The position numbers and the translations under genes are program-made. This document shows, in pieces, positions 1 to 12,123 of a stretch of DNA of 64,000 nucleotides. The notes under the pieces are model-generated. The model did no database searches. It was not told the DNA's origin and saw only the letters and a program-made list of their open reading frames with translations. The stretch comes from Squalus acanthias (lineage: Eukaryota): assembly GCA_030390025.1 (NCBI GenBank), contig JASTWF010000036.1:2916001-2980000 (forward strand). Direction: 5' to 3'. Within the stretch, counting starts at the first letter, position 1; every line of letters begins with the position of its first letter.

Positions 1-19
1 AAGGCATTTGTTCCTTTAC

Positions 20-152
20 CTGTAAACTTCTGGTGTGTGTAGTAATGTACAGCATTTCAAAAAGAGTTTGGTAGAGTGCATGAGAACATGAAATCCATTA
101 ATCAAATTACTACAAGTGGGATCATCATTCAACCTTTGGATACACACTTCTG
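20..152 (-). CDS. Candidate internal exon of an unidentified host gene
   Basis: Minus strand has a pyrimidine tract TTCCTTTTCTATACTCTGCCCTAG acceptor and a CAG|GTAAAG donor; one open frame (EVCIQRLNDDPTCSNLINGFHVLMHSTKLFLKCCTLLHTPEVY). Protein not recognised. Confidence 0.3.
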
Positions 153-475
153 CTAGGGCAGAGTATAGAAAAGGAACAGCTTCCGGTGCTGTAGGACAAA
201 GTCTGCTCACGGGAGCTGCTTGTTATAATTTGGGCTGTCTCCAAACATTTTTAACTCATGCTCACAACAAAAAGGCATTATCCATAGGCAGACCCACATC
301 ATATCTGAACGAAAACTTGCTCTCTTATGCATGACATGAAGGCAATAGCCTGCCACAGGATTAACAATTACCCTTTTATTATGCAATAGACATGTAGGAT
401 GCCATCGTGGTTGACAGTCCACGCCCAAAGGCTGTAAAAATCTTTCTGTCAGACTACTACATAAGAACGCAGTAA

Positions 476-1012
476 TCTTCTTCTTCTTAGGCAGTCCCTC
501 GGAACCGAGGATGACTTGCTTCCACACTAAAAATGAGTTCGCAGGTGACTGATGAGTCCAATGCGGGACCTACAGTCTCTGTCACAGGTGGGGCAGACGG
601 TGGTTGAAGGGGCAGGTGGGTGGGGTGCTTGGGTTGACGTGCGCTCCTTCCGCTGTTTGCGCTTAGCTTCCGCTTGCTCCCGGCGAAGAGACTCGAGGTG
701 TTCGGCACCTTCCCGGATGCTTCTCCTCCACTTTGTGCGGTCTTGGGCCAGGGATCCCCAGGTGTCGGTGGGGATGTTGCACTTTTTCAAGGAGGCTTTG
801 AGGGTGTCCTTGAAGCGTTTCCTCTGCCCACCTGGGGCTCTCTTGCCGTGCCGGAGCTCCGAGTAGAGCGCTTGTTTTGGGAGTCTCGTATCAGGTATGC
901 GGACAATGTGACCCATCCATCGGAGCTGATCGAGCGTGGTCAAAGCTTCGATGCTGGGGATGTTGGCCTGAGCAAGAACACTGACGTTGGTGTGCCTATC
1001 CTGCCAATGGAT
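476..1012 (-). mobile_element. RTE-clade LINE, 3' fragment
   Basis: ORF 527-1045 has RTE C-terminal motifs (QLRWMGHIVRIPDTRLPKQALYSEL; CPTC...SRIGLISHLRTH) and ends in an (AAG)n tail. Confidence 0.9.
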
Positions 1013-1544
1013 GGCACAGTAGAGAAAGAGGTTAATTTGGACCAATCCCTTCTTACCTCACTGAACATTGTCTTTTTCCAGTCCAGCACCCTTATCTGTG
1101 GAGATACCCAAGACTAGACAGGTCTTCCTCTTCCTTAAGGGGGAGGCGGGTGGGCATTAGGTACTAACAGGAAGCAGTGATTTAGGGAATTAAGTTAGTT
1201 GATCTCAGATGGGGTGGCACTATAAATTGCCCTCTGCAAAAATGTAATTAGCTAGAGTCCCACTCGTGATCACTATCTGGACTCCTAATGGAAAATGCAC
1301 ATATTTGGTCGTCAAGTGGCTCTCACAAGATATGGTTAGCTGAAAGTGCAATGGCACTCTAGGTCTGAATGCCATTTTATACTCAGTATACCTTGCGCAT
1401 ACCAGCCCATGTATAATTATTCTATCATGGACTTCCCTCCCATACCATCAGCTATTTGATCAATGAATTTAAGAGACACTAAGTTCTTTCTCCTATCTCC
1501 TATCTCCCCTGAAAAAAAAATCAAGCAATGCTGTTAATATCTCT

Positions 1545-2678
1545 CCAACTCTCAATCTCCCTTCTCTTATCTATCCAACTATAGCCAGAGCAGCTCCAGC
1601 AATGGCTTCCCTTCCTGCTCCCGCACCGTTACCTCTGAAGTCCGCCCAGGATCTATCCTTGGTCCCCCTCCTCCTCCTCCTCTATATGCTGCCCCTCGGT
1701 GACATCATCCGCAGACACGGGATCATCTTCCACATGTACGCTGACGACACCCAACTCTACCTCTCCACCACCTGCCTCAACCCTCCACTATGTCAGTGTT
1801 GTCAGACTGCTTGTTCGACATCCAGTCCTGAATAAGCCGTATTTTCCTCTAGTTAAACATTGTCTTCACCCGCGCCCCCACTCCTCCCATGTACTCTGTT
1901 CCCTAGCCACCAATTTCATCCCTCTCCCCGGCCACTGTCTCAGGCTGAACCAGACTGTTTGCAATTCTAGCATCCTATTGCACCCCGATCTGAGTTTCCG
2001 ACCCCATATCCTCTCCATCACAAAGATCCACCTCCATAACATCGCCCGTCTTCGATCTTGCTTCAGCCCATCTTCGATCTTGCTTCAGTCCATCTGCTGC
2101 TAAAATTCTCATCTATGCCTTTGTCATCTCCAGACTTGACTATTCCAATCTCCTGGCCGGCCTCCTATCCTCCACCTTCAATAAACTTCAGTTCATCCAA
2201 AACTCTGCTGCCCATATCCTATCCCGTGCAAGTCCCGTTCACCCGTCACTCCCGTGCTCGCTGGCTCCCATTGGCTCCCAGTCCGGCAATGCCTCAATTT
2301 TATAATTTTTGTTCTCATGTTGGCCTTGCCCCTCCCTATCACTGTAACCTTCTCCAGCCCTACAACCCTCTGAGAACTCTGCGTTACTACAGCTCTGGCC
2401 TCTTGTGCATCCCAAAAACCCTTCATCCCACCATTCCCAGCCATGCATTTAGCCGGCTAGACTCTAAGCTCTGGAATTCATTCCCTACACCTCACCGTCT
2501 CTCTACCTCCCTGTCCTACTTTACGATGCTCCTTAAAACCCGCGTCTTTGACCAAGCTTTTAGTCATTCTTCCTAATACCTCCTTCTTCATTTCGATGTT
2601 AATTTTTGTCTGATAACACTTCCGTGAAGCGCCTTGGGATGTTTTTCTACGTTAAAGGTGCTATAGAAATGCAAGTTG
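1545..2678 (+). mobile_element. L2-clade LINE, degraded 3' portion
   Basis: RT motif [20 protein letters not shown] and LLKTRVFDQAF in shifted frames; L2-type tail AAAGGTGCTATAGAAATGCAAGTTG. Confidence 0.9.
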
Positions 2679-2859
2679 TATCAATCTAGCTCCCTTTTGA
2701 AAGCACCAATTGACCCTGAATGGCTTACCTTCTCTGAAGTCTGTTCCATAGCCTCGATTCTGTGAGTCTCTTCTAGCAGAAGAGCGTTGGTTGAGAAATT
2801 GCGCATGAAGGCAAACTCGTCTGATTTGCTGTGCACCATAATCACAGCAAAGAAAGTTC

Positions 2860-3155
2860 GCCGGCAAAGTGGAGCTGTACTGAGGCCACTGCAAGCCTCA
2901 TTTGGCTCTTCCCGTGGACATTAAGGTCACTACTGCATTAAACATTTGTGCTATTGTATAGTTCTAAGCCAGCACTGGTGACATGTGCCGCCTCAGGCAG
3001 TCAGCTGTCCACTGATGCATCAAGCAGGTGGCTGCGTCCTTGTTTGCAAGGTCAACATGTTCATCGCTTTCCCTGTGGAAATGAGCCAATGGACAAGGCA
3101 CAGAGCTTCACTGGGTGGCAAGTGCAGAGCATTGTAGATAGCACGCATGTAGTGT
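2860..3155 (+). pseudogene. Highly degraded PIF/Harbinger transposase relic
   Basis: Manual translation gives ALPVDIKVTTALNICA, GDMCRLRQSAVH*CIKQV and VQSIVDSTHVV, collinear with [15 protein letters not shown] / [16 protein letters not shown] / [11 protein letters not shown] of the transposase at 50.6-51.8 kb. Confidence 0.7.
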
Positions 3156-3847
3156 ACGAACTGTTGACCGGGCTACCACAGGCAAGGTGTACTGATGTCC
3201 TCTGGTGAGGGCGCCCTGGAGTGCCAGACTGGGCAAACCCTCCCTGCACCCATCTTGTGTACAGCACACTCACTTAGTCAGCCTTCAAATAGGGGCTCGG
3301 GTGCTATGCCTCCACATTGGGTATCCTTTCATTTCATTTTTGCCTGGCACTTCATCCCAAGGCCAAACCTGCAAAAGCCTTGGCAAAGGCTGACAAATAT
3401 TACAAGCTTTAAGTGACAACATTCCTTTAAATCTGAACTGCCATTTCCGCATGTCCGATTAGGCTAGCTGCTGGGGCAAGGCTAATGCTGAACTGGGATC
3501 GTAAAATCGGAGATCCTATGTCCACTATACTGTGATGGTTCATCTCGCTGCCTCACTGACAGGTGGCTTTACTGCATTTGTTTGAGGACTACGTTTCAAT
3601 CTGGTTGGGGCATTGCTGTGATATTTTCTTCAAAAATTATAATGCAAGTGTGTTCGCCATCACAATCTGGACATTTCAGTGACTGGAAAAAGCCAACGAA
3701 AATCATAGTTTTTAAAAAAATGCTCTCACCCACCATTTTGGAGACACGTGCAGGGCGGTAGAAGTAAAAAAGAGGCAAGTAAAATATTTTAAAGTTAAAA
3801 CAAATAGCAAAGAAAGATTCAAAAATTATCCAATATTTTCTGGCTAT

Positions 3848-3995
3848 TTATGTCATTGCTGTTTGCGGGATCTTACTGTGCGTTTCCCTGCATTACAACC
3901 ATGACTACACTTCAAAAAAAAGTATTTCATTGGCTGTAAAGCGTTTTAGGACAACCTGAGCTGGTAAAAGGCGCCATATAAATGCAAGTTCTTTC
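3848..3995 (+). mobile_element. SacSINE1/DeuSINE-type SINE, 3' fragment
   Basis: Matches the 3' part of the full copy at 4279-4724. Confidence 0.75.
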
Positions 3996-4278
3996 GACTA
4001 TGTCGAGGCACAGGAACAGTGAACCCAGCCCCTATATGAATGGAAATAAATAATTCTTGAAATTTATGTTTATTAGCCTTCACCATTACTCTTGGAACCA
4101 ATTTATTTTAGTGTAGAATTTATATTAATGGATATTTTATTATTTTGAAGGTGAGTTCGCTGCGTTCTTGACTCACATCTCTGCTGCCAAGAAGTCGGTG
4201 AGCAGACCTGCCCCTCTTCCCTTCTCCCAACACCTTTGCCAGAAGGTGGCACAGCATCCACCAGCTTGGCCCAGCTTA

Positions 4279-4724
4279 GTGTCAGCTGTGGCTCAGTGGG
4301 CAGCACTCTTGCCTCTGAGTCTGAAGGTTGTGGGTTCAAGCCCCACTCCAGAGACTAGGCTGACACTCCAGTGCAGTGCTGAGGGAGTGCTACACTGTCG
4401 GAGGTCCCGTCTTTCAGATGAGGCATTAGTCTGCTCTCTCAGGTGGACGTAAAAGATCCCATGGCAATATTTCGAAGAAGAGCAGGGGAGTTCTCCCCGG
4501 TGTCCTGGCCAATATTTATCCCTCAATCAAATCACTAAAAAAACAGATTATCTGGTCATTATCATATTGCTGTTTGTGGGAGCTTGCTGTGCGCAAATTG
4601 GCTGCCGCGTTTCCTACATTACAACAGTGACTACACTTCAAAAATAATTTATTGGCTGTAAAGCGCTTTGGGACGTCCTGTTGTCGTGAAAGGCGCTATA
4701 GAAATGCAAGTCTTTCTTTTCTTT
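4279..4724 (+). mobile_element. Full-length tRNA-derived SacSINE1/DeuSINE-type SINE
   Basis: A-box TGGCTCAGTGG and B-box GGTTCAAGCC, Deu-type body (TAAAAGATCCCATGGC...GTCCTGGCCAATATTTATCCCTC), and an L2-like tail shared with the L2 copies in the window. Confidence 0.88.
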
Positions 4725-5391
4725 TAACAAATGAACAGAGAGGTGGATTAAATCTGCCTTCTCCTACTTGATGGCATCTAAATACTGGTGCTGTGATGAT
4801 CAGTGTCACCTAGAGAATATTTTATTTTATAATAATTGGTGTACACCATGTATTATTAGAAAGGGTACTGCACCTTTAACACGTTCAGCACTAAAAATCT
4901 AATGAATATCATATCCAAAGCCATAATGCAGTGCAAATCATATGCGTACACCGAAACCTGCCAAGAAAATTCATTACTTAGTGGATTAATGCCTTAAATG
5001 CATTCTGTCTCCATGGCATTTAGAAAATTAGAAAGCTTTTACAAAGTTTATCTGTCTAAAAACTTCACAGCCTGAAGCGCCATAATAACACAAGTGTGTG
5101 TCTCCCCACCATCAAATCTGACAACAAATAACATGAAATATTTTCACAGCCATAATTAAATAATACTATTAAAAGTAGCGCACATGCAACAATCCCTTTT
5201 TGTATTACCAGTTTACTTCAGTCCCACTGCTACTTGGCTTAGCGGTTTCTCTCTCATAATATGCTATTCGTTTCAAATGATTGGTAGAGATCAGTTTAAA
5301 TTATAATTGTGTTTTATTTTTAGTGGTCACACATGGTGCCATTAGTGCCAGAGACTGACTGTAGAGCTCTTTCCCAAACAAGGGGATGAGT

Positions 5392-5450
5392 GGGGGGGGG
5401 GGGAGAAATTAGTTTAGGCCTCTTTCCAGGCGCAAAATGGTCGCCATGGC
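5392..5450 (+). mobile_element. Isolated Harbinger-type MITE terminus
   Basis: GGGGGAGAAATT terminus like other Harbinger ends here; truncated by the adjacent LINE fragment. Confidence 0.45.
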
Positions 5451-5451
5451 A

Positions 5452-6822
5452 CAGAACACTGTGCAGCCATCAGCGAACATCCCCATTTCTGACCTTATGT
5501 CAGAAGGAAGGTCATTGATGAATCAGCTGAAGATGGTTGGGCCTAGGACACTGCCCTGAGGAACTCCTGCAGCGATGTCCTGGAGCTGTGATGATTGACC
5601 GCCAACTACCACAACCATCTTCCTTTGTGCTAGGTATGACTCCAGCCAGTGGAGAGTTTTTTCCCTGATTCCCATTGACTTCAGTTTTACTCGGGCTCCT
5701 TGATGCCACACTCGGTCAAATGCTGCCTTGATGTCAAGGGCAGTCACTCTCACCTCACCTCTGGAATTCAGCTCCTTTGTCCATGTTTGGACCAAGGCTG
5801 TAATGAGGTCTGGAGCCGAGTGGTCCTGGCAGAACCCAAACTGGGCATCAGTGAGCAGGTTATTAGTGAGTAAGTGCCGCTTGATAGCACTGTCGATGAC
5901 ACCTTCCATCACTTTGCTGATGATTGAGAGCAGACAGATGGGGCGGTAATTGGCCGGGTTGGATTTGTCCTGCTTTTTGTGGACAGGACATACCTGGGCA
6001 GTTTTCCACATTGTCAGATAGATGCCAGTGTTGTAGCTGTACTGGAACAGCTTGGCTAGAGACACGGCTAGTTCTGGAGCACAAGTCTTCAGCACGACAG
6101 CTGGGATGTTGTCGGGGCCCATAGCTTTTGCTGTATCCAGTGCGCTCAGCCGTTTCTTGATATCACGTGGAGTGAATCGAATTGGCTGAAGACTGGCTTC
6201 TGTGATGGTGGGGACCTCAGGAGGAGGCCGATATGGATCATCCACTTAGCACTTCTGGCTGAAGATGGTTGCAAACACTTCAGCCTTGTCTTATGTATTC
6301 ATGTGCTGGGTTCCACCATCATTGAGGATGGGGATATTCATGGAGCGTCTTCCTCCCGTTAGTTGTTTAATGGTCCACCACCATTCACGACTGGATGTGG
6401 CAGGACTGCAGAGCTTTGATCTGATCCGTTGATTGTGGGATCGCTTAGCCCTGCCTATAGCATGCTGCTTCCGCTTTTTAGCATGCATGTAGTCCTGTGT
6501 TGCAGCTTCCCCAGGTTGGCACCTCATTTTTAGATACGCCTGGTGCTGCTCCTGGCATGCTCTTCTACACTCCTTATTGAACCAGGGTTGGTCCCCTGGC
6601 TTGATGGTAATGGTAGAGTGAGGGATATGCCAGGCCATGAGGTTACACATTGTGGTGGAATACAATTCTGCTGCTGCTGATGGCCCACAGCGCCTCATGG
6701 ATGCCTAGTTTTGAGCTGCTAGATCTGTTCTGAATCTATCCCATTTAGCACGGTGGTAGTGCCACACAACACGATGGAGGGTATCCTCAGTGTGAAGACG
6801 GGACTTCGTCTCCACAATGACT
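5452..6822 (-). mobile_element. Internal fragment of the same LINE family as 11699-14989
   Basis: ORFs 5523-6245 and 6291-6698 are near-identical to the 725-aa ORF at 12160-14337 (DIKAAFDRVWH, GVPQGSVLGP). Confidence 0.92.
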
Positions 6823-7227
6823 TTTGGTGATGATTTTGAACATTTTGTCTGGATTTTTTAAAATGTTAGATGAACCAGGCTGCATAGTCCAAAGTTGCAT
6901 AAGTGACACCTTTGTCTGTTCTTGAAGTAAAAGAGGAGAACAAATGAGTTGCAGGTACCTTCACAAGTTTTACACTGAATACAGGATATAAAGCACTTAC
7001 ATTAAATTGTACCTGCTATTCACAGCAACAACTTCCTCGGTCACATGTCCCAAGGTCACATGTCCTGCTGGATCCTCCTTCCTACCTCAATTATCTAACT
7101 GATGCACCTGTCAAAAAAGTGAAATGGATTATAATTAATGGGAATGGATACACTTTGCAGAAAACATGGAGTGGTATATGTCTAACGACACAACCGTTCT
7201 AATTGTTTAGTTATTTAATTATAATAA

Positions 7228-7741
7228 GGGTATATTTGCCTTGGAGGGGATGTAGCGCAGTTTCACCAGAATAATACCAGGGCTAATAGGATTAAATTAT
7301 GAGGACAGGTTGCATAGACTAGGCTTGTATTCCCTTGAGTATAGAAAATTAAGGAGTGATCTAACTGAGGTGTTCAAGATGATTGAAGGAATTGATAGGG
7401 TAGATTGAGAGAAACTATTTCCTCTGGTGGGGGGAGTCCAGAACAAGGGGGGCATAACCTTAAAATTAGAACCAGGCCGTTCAGGGGTGATGTCAGGAAG
7501 CACTTCTTCACACAAAGGGTAGTGGAAATCTGGAACTCTCTCCCTCAAAATGCTGTTGAGGCTGGGGGTCAATTGAAAATGTAAAGACTGAGGTGTTAGG
7601 TTTTTGTTGGGTAAGGGTATTAAGGGATATGGAACTAAGGAGGGTAGATGGGGTTAAGATACAGATCAGCCATAATCTAACTGAATGGCGGAAGAGGCTC
7701 GAGGGTCTGAATGGCCTCCTCCTGTCCCTATGTTCCTAATT
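7228..7741 (+). mobile_element. CR1 LINE 3' fragment
   Basis: CR1 ORF2 C-terminal sequence and 3' end AATGGCCTCCTCCTGTCCCTATGTTCCTAAT. Confidence 0.85.
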
Positions 7742-7846
7742 CCACTTTTGCTCCCGCGGTTTGTTGTAAGGGTGAGGAGGATTCTGGTGCAATTGAGGGT
7801 CGTCACCAGTTTCGGAAAAAGAAAGAGAGCAGAAGAGCCACACATT

Positions 7847-8033
7847 GGGGTAGAAATTCATCTTGGGCGGCAGTGCAAAATAGACGTTATCACACCAGCC
7901 GCCCGTTATACGCCCCACCCCATATTCAGTTTCATTGACGTCAGTAGAGCTGAATATTGGGCAGGGCCTAGAACAGGTCGCTGTGATACCTCTGTGATAG
8001 TTAGCTCTGTCGCCCATGATGAATTTCTACCCC
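7847..8033. mobile_element. 187-bp MITE with Harbinger-type TIRs
   Basis: Perfect 16-bp TIR GGGGTAGAAATTCATC, extending to 25/27 matches; TSD not clean. Confidence 0.8.
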
Positions 8034-9689
8034 AAAGTCTTCAAAATGGTGAGGACGTTGATGTCAATGATGTAAGTGAAGTCATCACGGCAATGTCTCT
8101 TTAACAAATAGAAGGCTTCACATTTTGGACAGTCAGAAGTTTAGTGATGTTATGTGTTCCCATTGTGGTGTCATCAGATGCAGAATGACAAATGTCAAAA
8201 CCCGATAATAAATCCCGATGTTTAATCACAACTATTCTCTGAAATTCAAAGTCAATATTTCAGTTGCAGTTGCCTAATCATTCACAAAGATCCCGTGTCT
8301 ACAGGGATTCCCGTATTTGGCAGGAAAAACTTAGACACAGGAGTGAAAACGGGAAAAGAACAAAACCCACTAACCCTAGTTTTTCCACCAAGGTAAAGAA
8401 GTGTCAGATGCACATTGATGAGACACAGACGAGAGCCTGGGAGAAAGTCGGCAATCTGATCACAGTTTCAGGAGGTACTGGGTGCGGTATAACTGCAGTC
8501 CAGCGTGAAAACGTTCTCAAATGGACCGCTGGACCTGGTGGGAACTTTTAGGAATTTCTTTGGCATTTTTTTGTGTCAATTTTTATTTGATAACGTCAAG
8601 CACCTTGAGATGTTTTAGTATGTTAAAGGCGCTATATAAATGCAAGTTGTTATATTGAATTCTTGTAGAGAGGCCATCAGCACATAAAATATAACTGCCA
8701 TTGGCAAACTAGTAAGTGGAGCTCCATTCGGCAAGAGTGACATGGAAGCTGGCAGCGTAACTTTGATCTGTCGGCTGCGTTTGACACACGATACAGATAC
8801 TGGCCTGAATCCTGTGTCCGTCGTATCTCTGGCCCCCATGGATTTGGGGCACCTGCTGCTTTCTGCCCATTTCCAAAATGGCAGCCTCACCCACTCTTTT
8901 TTCAGTCATGCTAAGTCTGACCTGGCAGTTGCTGGTGCCAAAGGAGGAAAATATTCCATTCCCCAGCACTGACACCGCACAGCGTGCTGAAAGCAAAACC
9001 CCACCCAAAATCTTATTGAAAAAAAATCCAACACGTATATTATAAAGAAATAGCATTTATCAGGGAACCACTTCAAGGCTGTAAACTAATCTGAAGGTTC
9101 AGAACATGGTTGTAAAATCACTCAAACTCAGTTTATGGCTGTGTCTGGTCTATGTCATTGCAGGCTTGTAACTCATTCTGAGAGAGCCATTATTCAACAT
9201 ACCTTTACATGTTCCCCCTCCCCCCCGCCGCACCCCCGGCTAACTCCTGCTGGAGGATGTTGCCATGCGTTCTGCAACCCTGCAGAGCCTCAACCAAGAG
9301 GCACGCCAGCACAAGCCTAGATACCAAGAGGGAGAAATTCCTCATAGCCCAGGAATCGGTGGTAACTTTAGAAAAGTTTGAGATTTAGCGCCAGGCGCTA
9401 ATGAATCACGCTGCACGCAAAGTTAAGTCTCTTCGCTCAAAGAAAGGATTGGAGCGCTAAATCAAACGCTAATGACCTAGCTCAGTGGCGCTACACTCAA
9501 AGCGCTGACCAATATCAGGTGCAGTCTAATCGCAAGTCATCATTGCCACAGGCTCTTTCCAGTTCTTAAAGGGGAGGTTCATTGATGCTGAAGAACCTCA
9601 TTTTCAGCATTGCTGGCTGTGAACCTGTGTCAGCAAGCAGGAGCAGGCCAAGCCCAAGCCCAAGGAGCCGGACAACTCAAGCAGGTGTC

Positions 9690-11565
9690 ATGATGGCAGA
9701 TCCACGCCCCAGGGAGAGAGCCCACAGATTTTCGGACCAAGCATTGGAGGAGTTGGTGTCCGCTGTGGATAGACGAAGGGCGGTGCTCTACCTGGCAAGT
9801 GGCAGGAGGCCCTCACCACAAGTCTTCCGTGCCATGTGGAGGGAGGTTGCCCATCAGGTCTCGGGCAGCACTGTGGACCCCGGGACCCACACACAGTGCA
9901 GGAAAAAATTTTACGACCTCACTCGGGTCGTCAGAGTGAGTCAGTGCCTCAACAAATGCTACATACCACCGTCTGAACCACAGTCTGCACACACTGGCCA
10001 AAGCGCCACACCCCCAGCGCTCACCCACCAACAATCTCTACCTATCAACACTCACACCCACATCTCACACCTTGCACACAATGACAGCTATTCAACTATG
10101 GCAGACACATCACCCAAACACATTGCTCCACACTCACACACATTTTCCTTTCTCTTGCAGGCCAAAGTGGCTGACAACAGGAGGGAGCAGGAGCGCACAA
10201 GCGGGGGACAAGCCAACACCCAACCACTGTCTGAGCTGGAGAATAGAGTGCTGGAGATTATTGGGCGCCAGGTGGTGGGCGCCGTGGCCACCGGTGACAT
10301 TGACCCACTTGGGGACAACAACGGTATGTTCATCCCTACTCCTTCTTCTCACATCCCACTTCCCCCTCACCCCACAAGCCTTTCGCACTTTCCAGCTAAT
10401 CATGCTGTATGCATGCTTTTCTCCCTTCCTGCCTCCCTCCCCTCCCCTTAACCCGACTCTCCTGTCTTTATGCTTTCAGATAATGAGCAAGCACCTGAGC
10501 AGCCTGTCCCTGAGGGCACCGTTCAGAGCGAGGCGGGAGAAGTGGAGGATGAAGAACACACCGTGTCACTGCATGTCTCACCCGCAGGCACCAGCTCAGA
10601 TACTGGCACTACACATTCTTTAGAGGCTAGTATAGTAGTGGGATCTGCACAGGGTGATGCACCAGGAACGAGCGGGCTGCAGCAAGGCCAGGGGGAAAGG
10701 GTAGCTCGGGGGCCAGCTCCCGGAGGGCAAGTTCTGCTGCACAGGACTCAGATGAGGGCCTCGATGGGGAGGCCTTTAGAAGAATGGTGATGGGCATGCA
10801 CACGGAGATGATAGGTGCAATGGCAAAGGTGCCGAGAGCCTGTTGGCAATGGTAAGGAGCGTGGAGGAGTCCGCCTCCAACATCGCACAAGGCTCTGCGC
10901 ACACCATGGAGCCCATCATTTCCAGTCTGGAAAGGATGGTCGACTCCCAGAGAGACCGTGGCGACCCAGACCTGATGCCGTGTGTGATGGGCGATCTGGC
11001 AACTTCCATTGCACCACAGGCGGAAGCGACGCAACGTTTTAGTGCTATAATGCAGTCTATGTTTGGTGCCATTCACTCTCAGACTGCTCTAATGCAGTCT
11101 CAGCTTGATGCCACGCAAGCTCTGACTGCTACCATCGTGGTTGGGTCTACCACCGTCGACCGGGGCTTTCACGGTGTCACAGCAGGCCAGCAATCTGTGC
11201 TGCAACAGATTGCTAGGGATGCTGAGGTGCTGCCCCGGGGGAGTGGCAGTGGGTCAGTGGAGCAGGAACCTGCTGTCCTCTCTCAGAGTGACAGCATTCC
11301 TCCGCCATTGCCCTTGTCACTGCCTGTCATCCAGCCAGCCCAGACTGCTGCTGCCCATGCTGAGGTTGTGCAGTCTACAGCTGGGCCTTCCAGGCCCAGA
11401 GCTGGTCGAGGGCGTCCTGCAAGGCCATCTGAAGTCTCCCACTCGGACACTCAGCAGCCTTCCACCAGCCCTGCTACAGCCACTGGGTCAACACTTCGTA
11501 GGAGCACGAGAGTAGGCAAAGGCACAGTAACGAGAGGCACTAAGGGATTGCACAAGGGTGAATAG
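9690..11565 (+). pseudogene. Harbinger Myb/SANT-like DNA-binding protein gene, 3 exons (9690-9935, 10161-10323, 10480-11565)
   Basis: RFSDQALEELV...WREVA...TQCRKKFYDL trihelix motif; GT-AG introns (AGA|GTGAGT, TTGCAG|; ACG|GTATGT, TTTCAG|); frameshifts in exon 3 near 10730-10830. Confidence 0.85.
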
Positions 11566-11698
11566 TTAATACTGTTGTTGTAAATATGTGTTAACTGATT
11601 ATTGATCAATTTATTAATTTAGTTTGGACTATTTTGTGCTGTGTCTCATTTCAGCTTGGCGCTGTGAAATGGCCTGCGACAAGGATGGAATGATGGGG

Positions 11699-11775
11699 TG
11701 AGCGTAGTGGTAATGTCACTAGGCTAGTAATCCAGAGGCCTGGACTAATGATCCAGAGACGTGAGTTCAAATCCC
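11699..11775 (+). promoter_or_regulatory. tRNA-derived internal Pol III promoter (A-box/B-box)
   Basis: A-box-like TGAGCGTAGTGGTAA at 11699; B-box GAGTTCAAATCCC at 11763-11775. Confidence 0.75.
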
Positions 11776-12123
11776 ACCACGGCAGCTGGGGAATTTAAAT
11801 TCAGTTAATTAAATAAATCAGGAATAATTACTAGTATCAGTAATAGTAACCATGAAACTATCGGATTGTCGTAAAAACCCATCTGGTTCACTAATGTCCT
11901 TTAGGGAAGGAAATCTGCCGTCCTTACCCGGTCTGGTCTATATGTGACTCCAGACACGCAGCAATGTGGTTGACTCTTAACTGCCCTCTGAAATGGCCTA
12001 GCAAGCCACTCAGTTGTAACAAACCGCTACAAAAAACAATAAAAAGAATGAAACCGGACGGATCACCCGGCATCGACCTCGGCATCGGCTACAGACATGG
12101 CACGGCACACCCAGCCCAGGTGA

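Noticed and set aside
3596..3683. Possible minus-strand exon SLKCPDCDGEHTC...
   Set aside because: Acceptor is plausible, but the frame stops after 28 codons with no donor and no recognisable homology.
11699..11785. Functional tRNA gene (also considered at 4279 and 17806)
   Set aside because: The A/B boxes belong to retroelement heads; no clean cloverleaf and no immediate T-run terminator.
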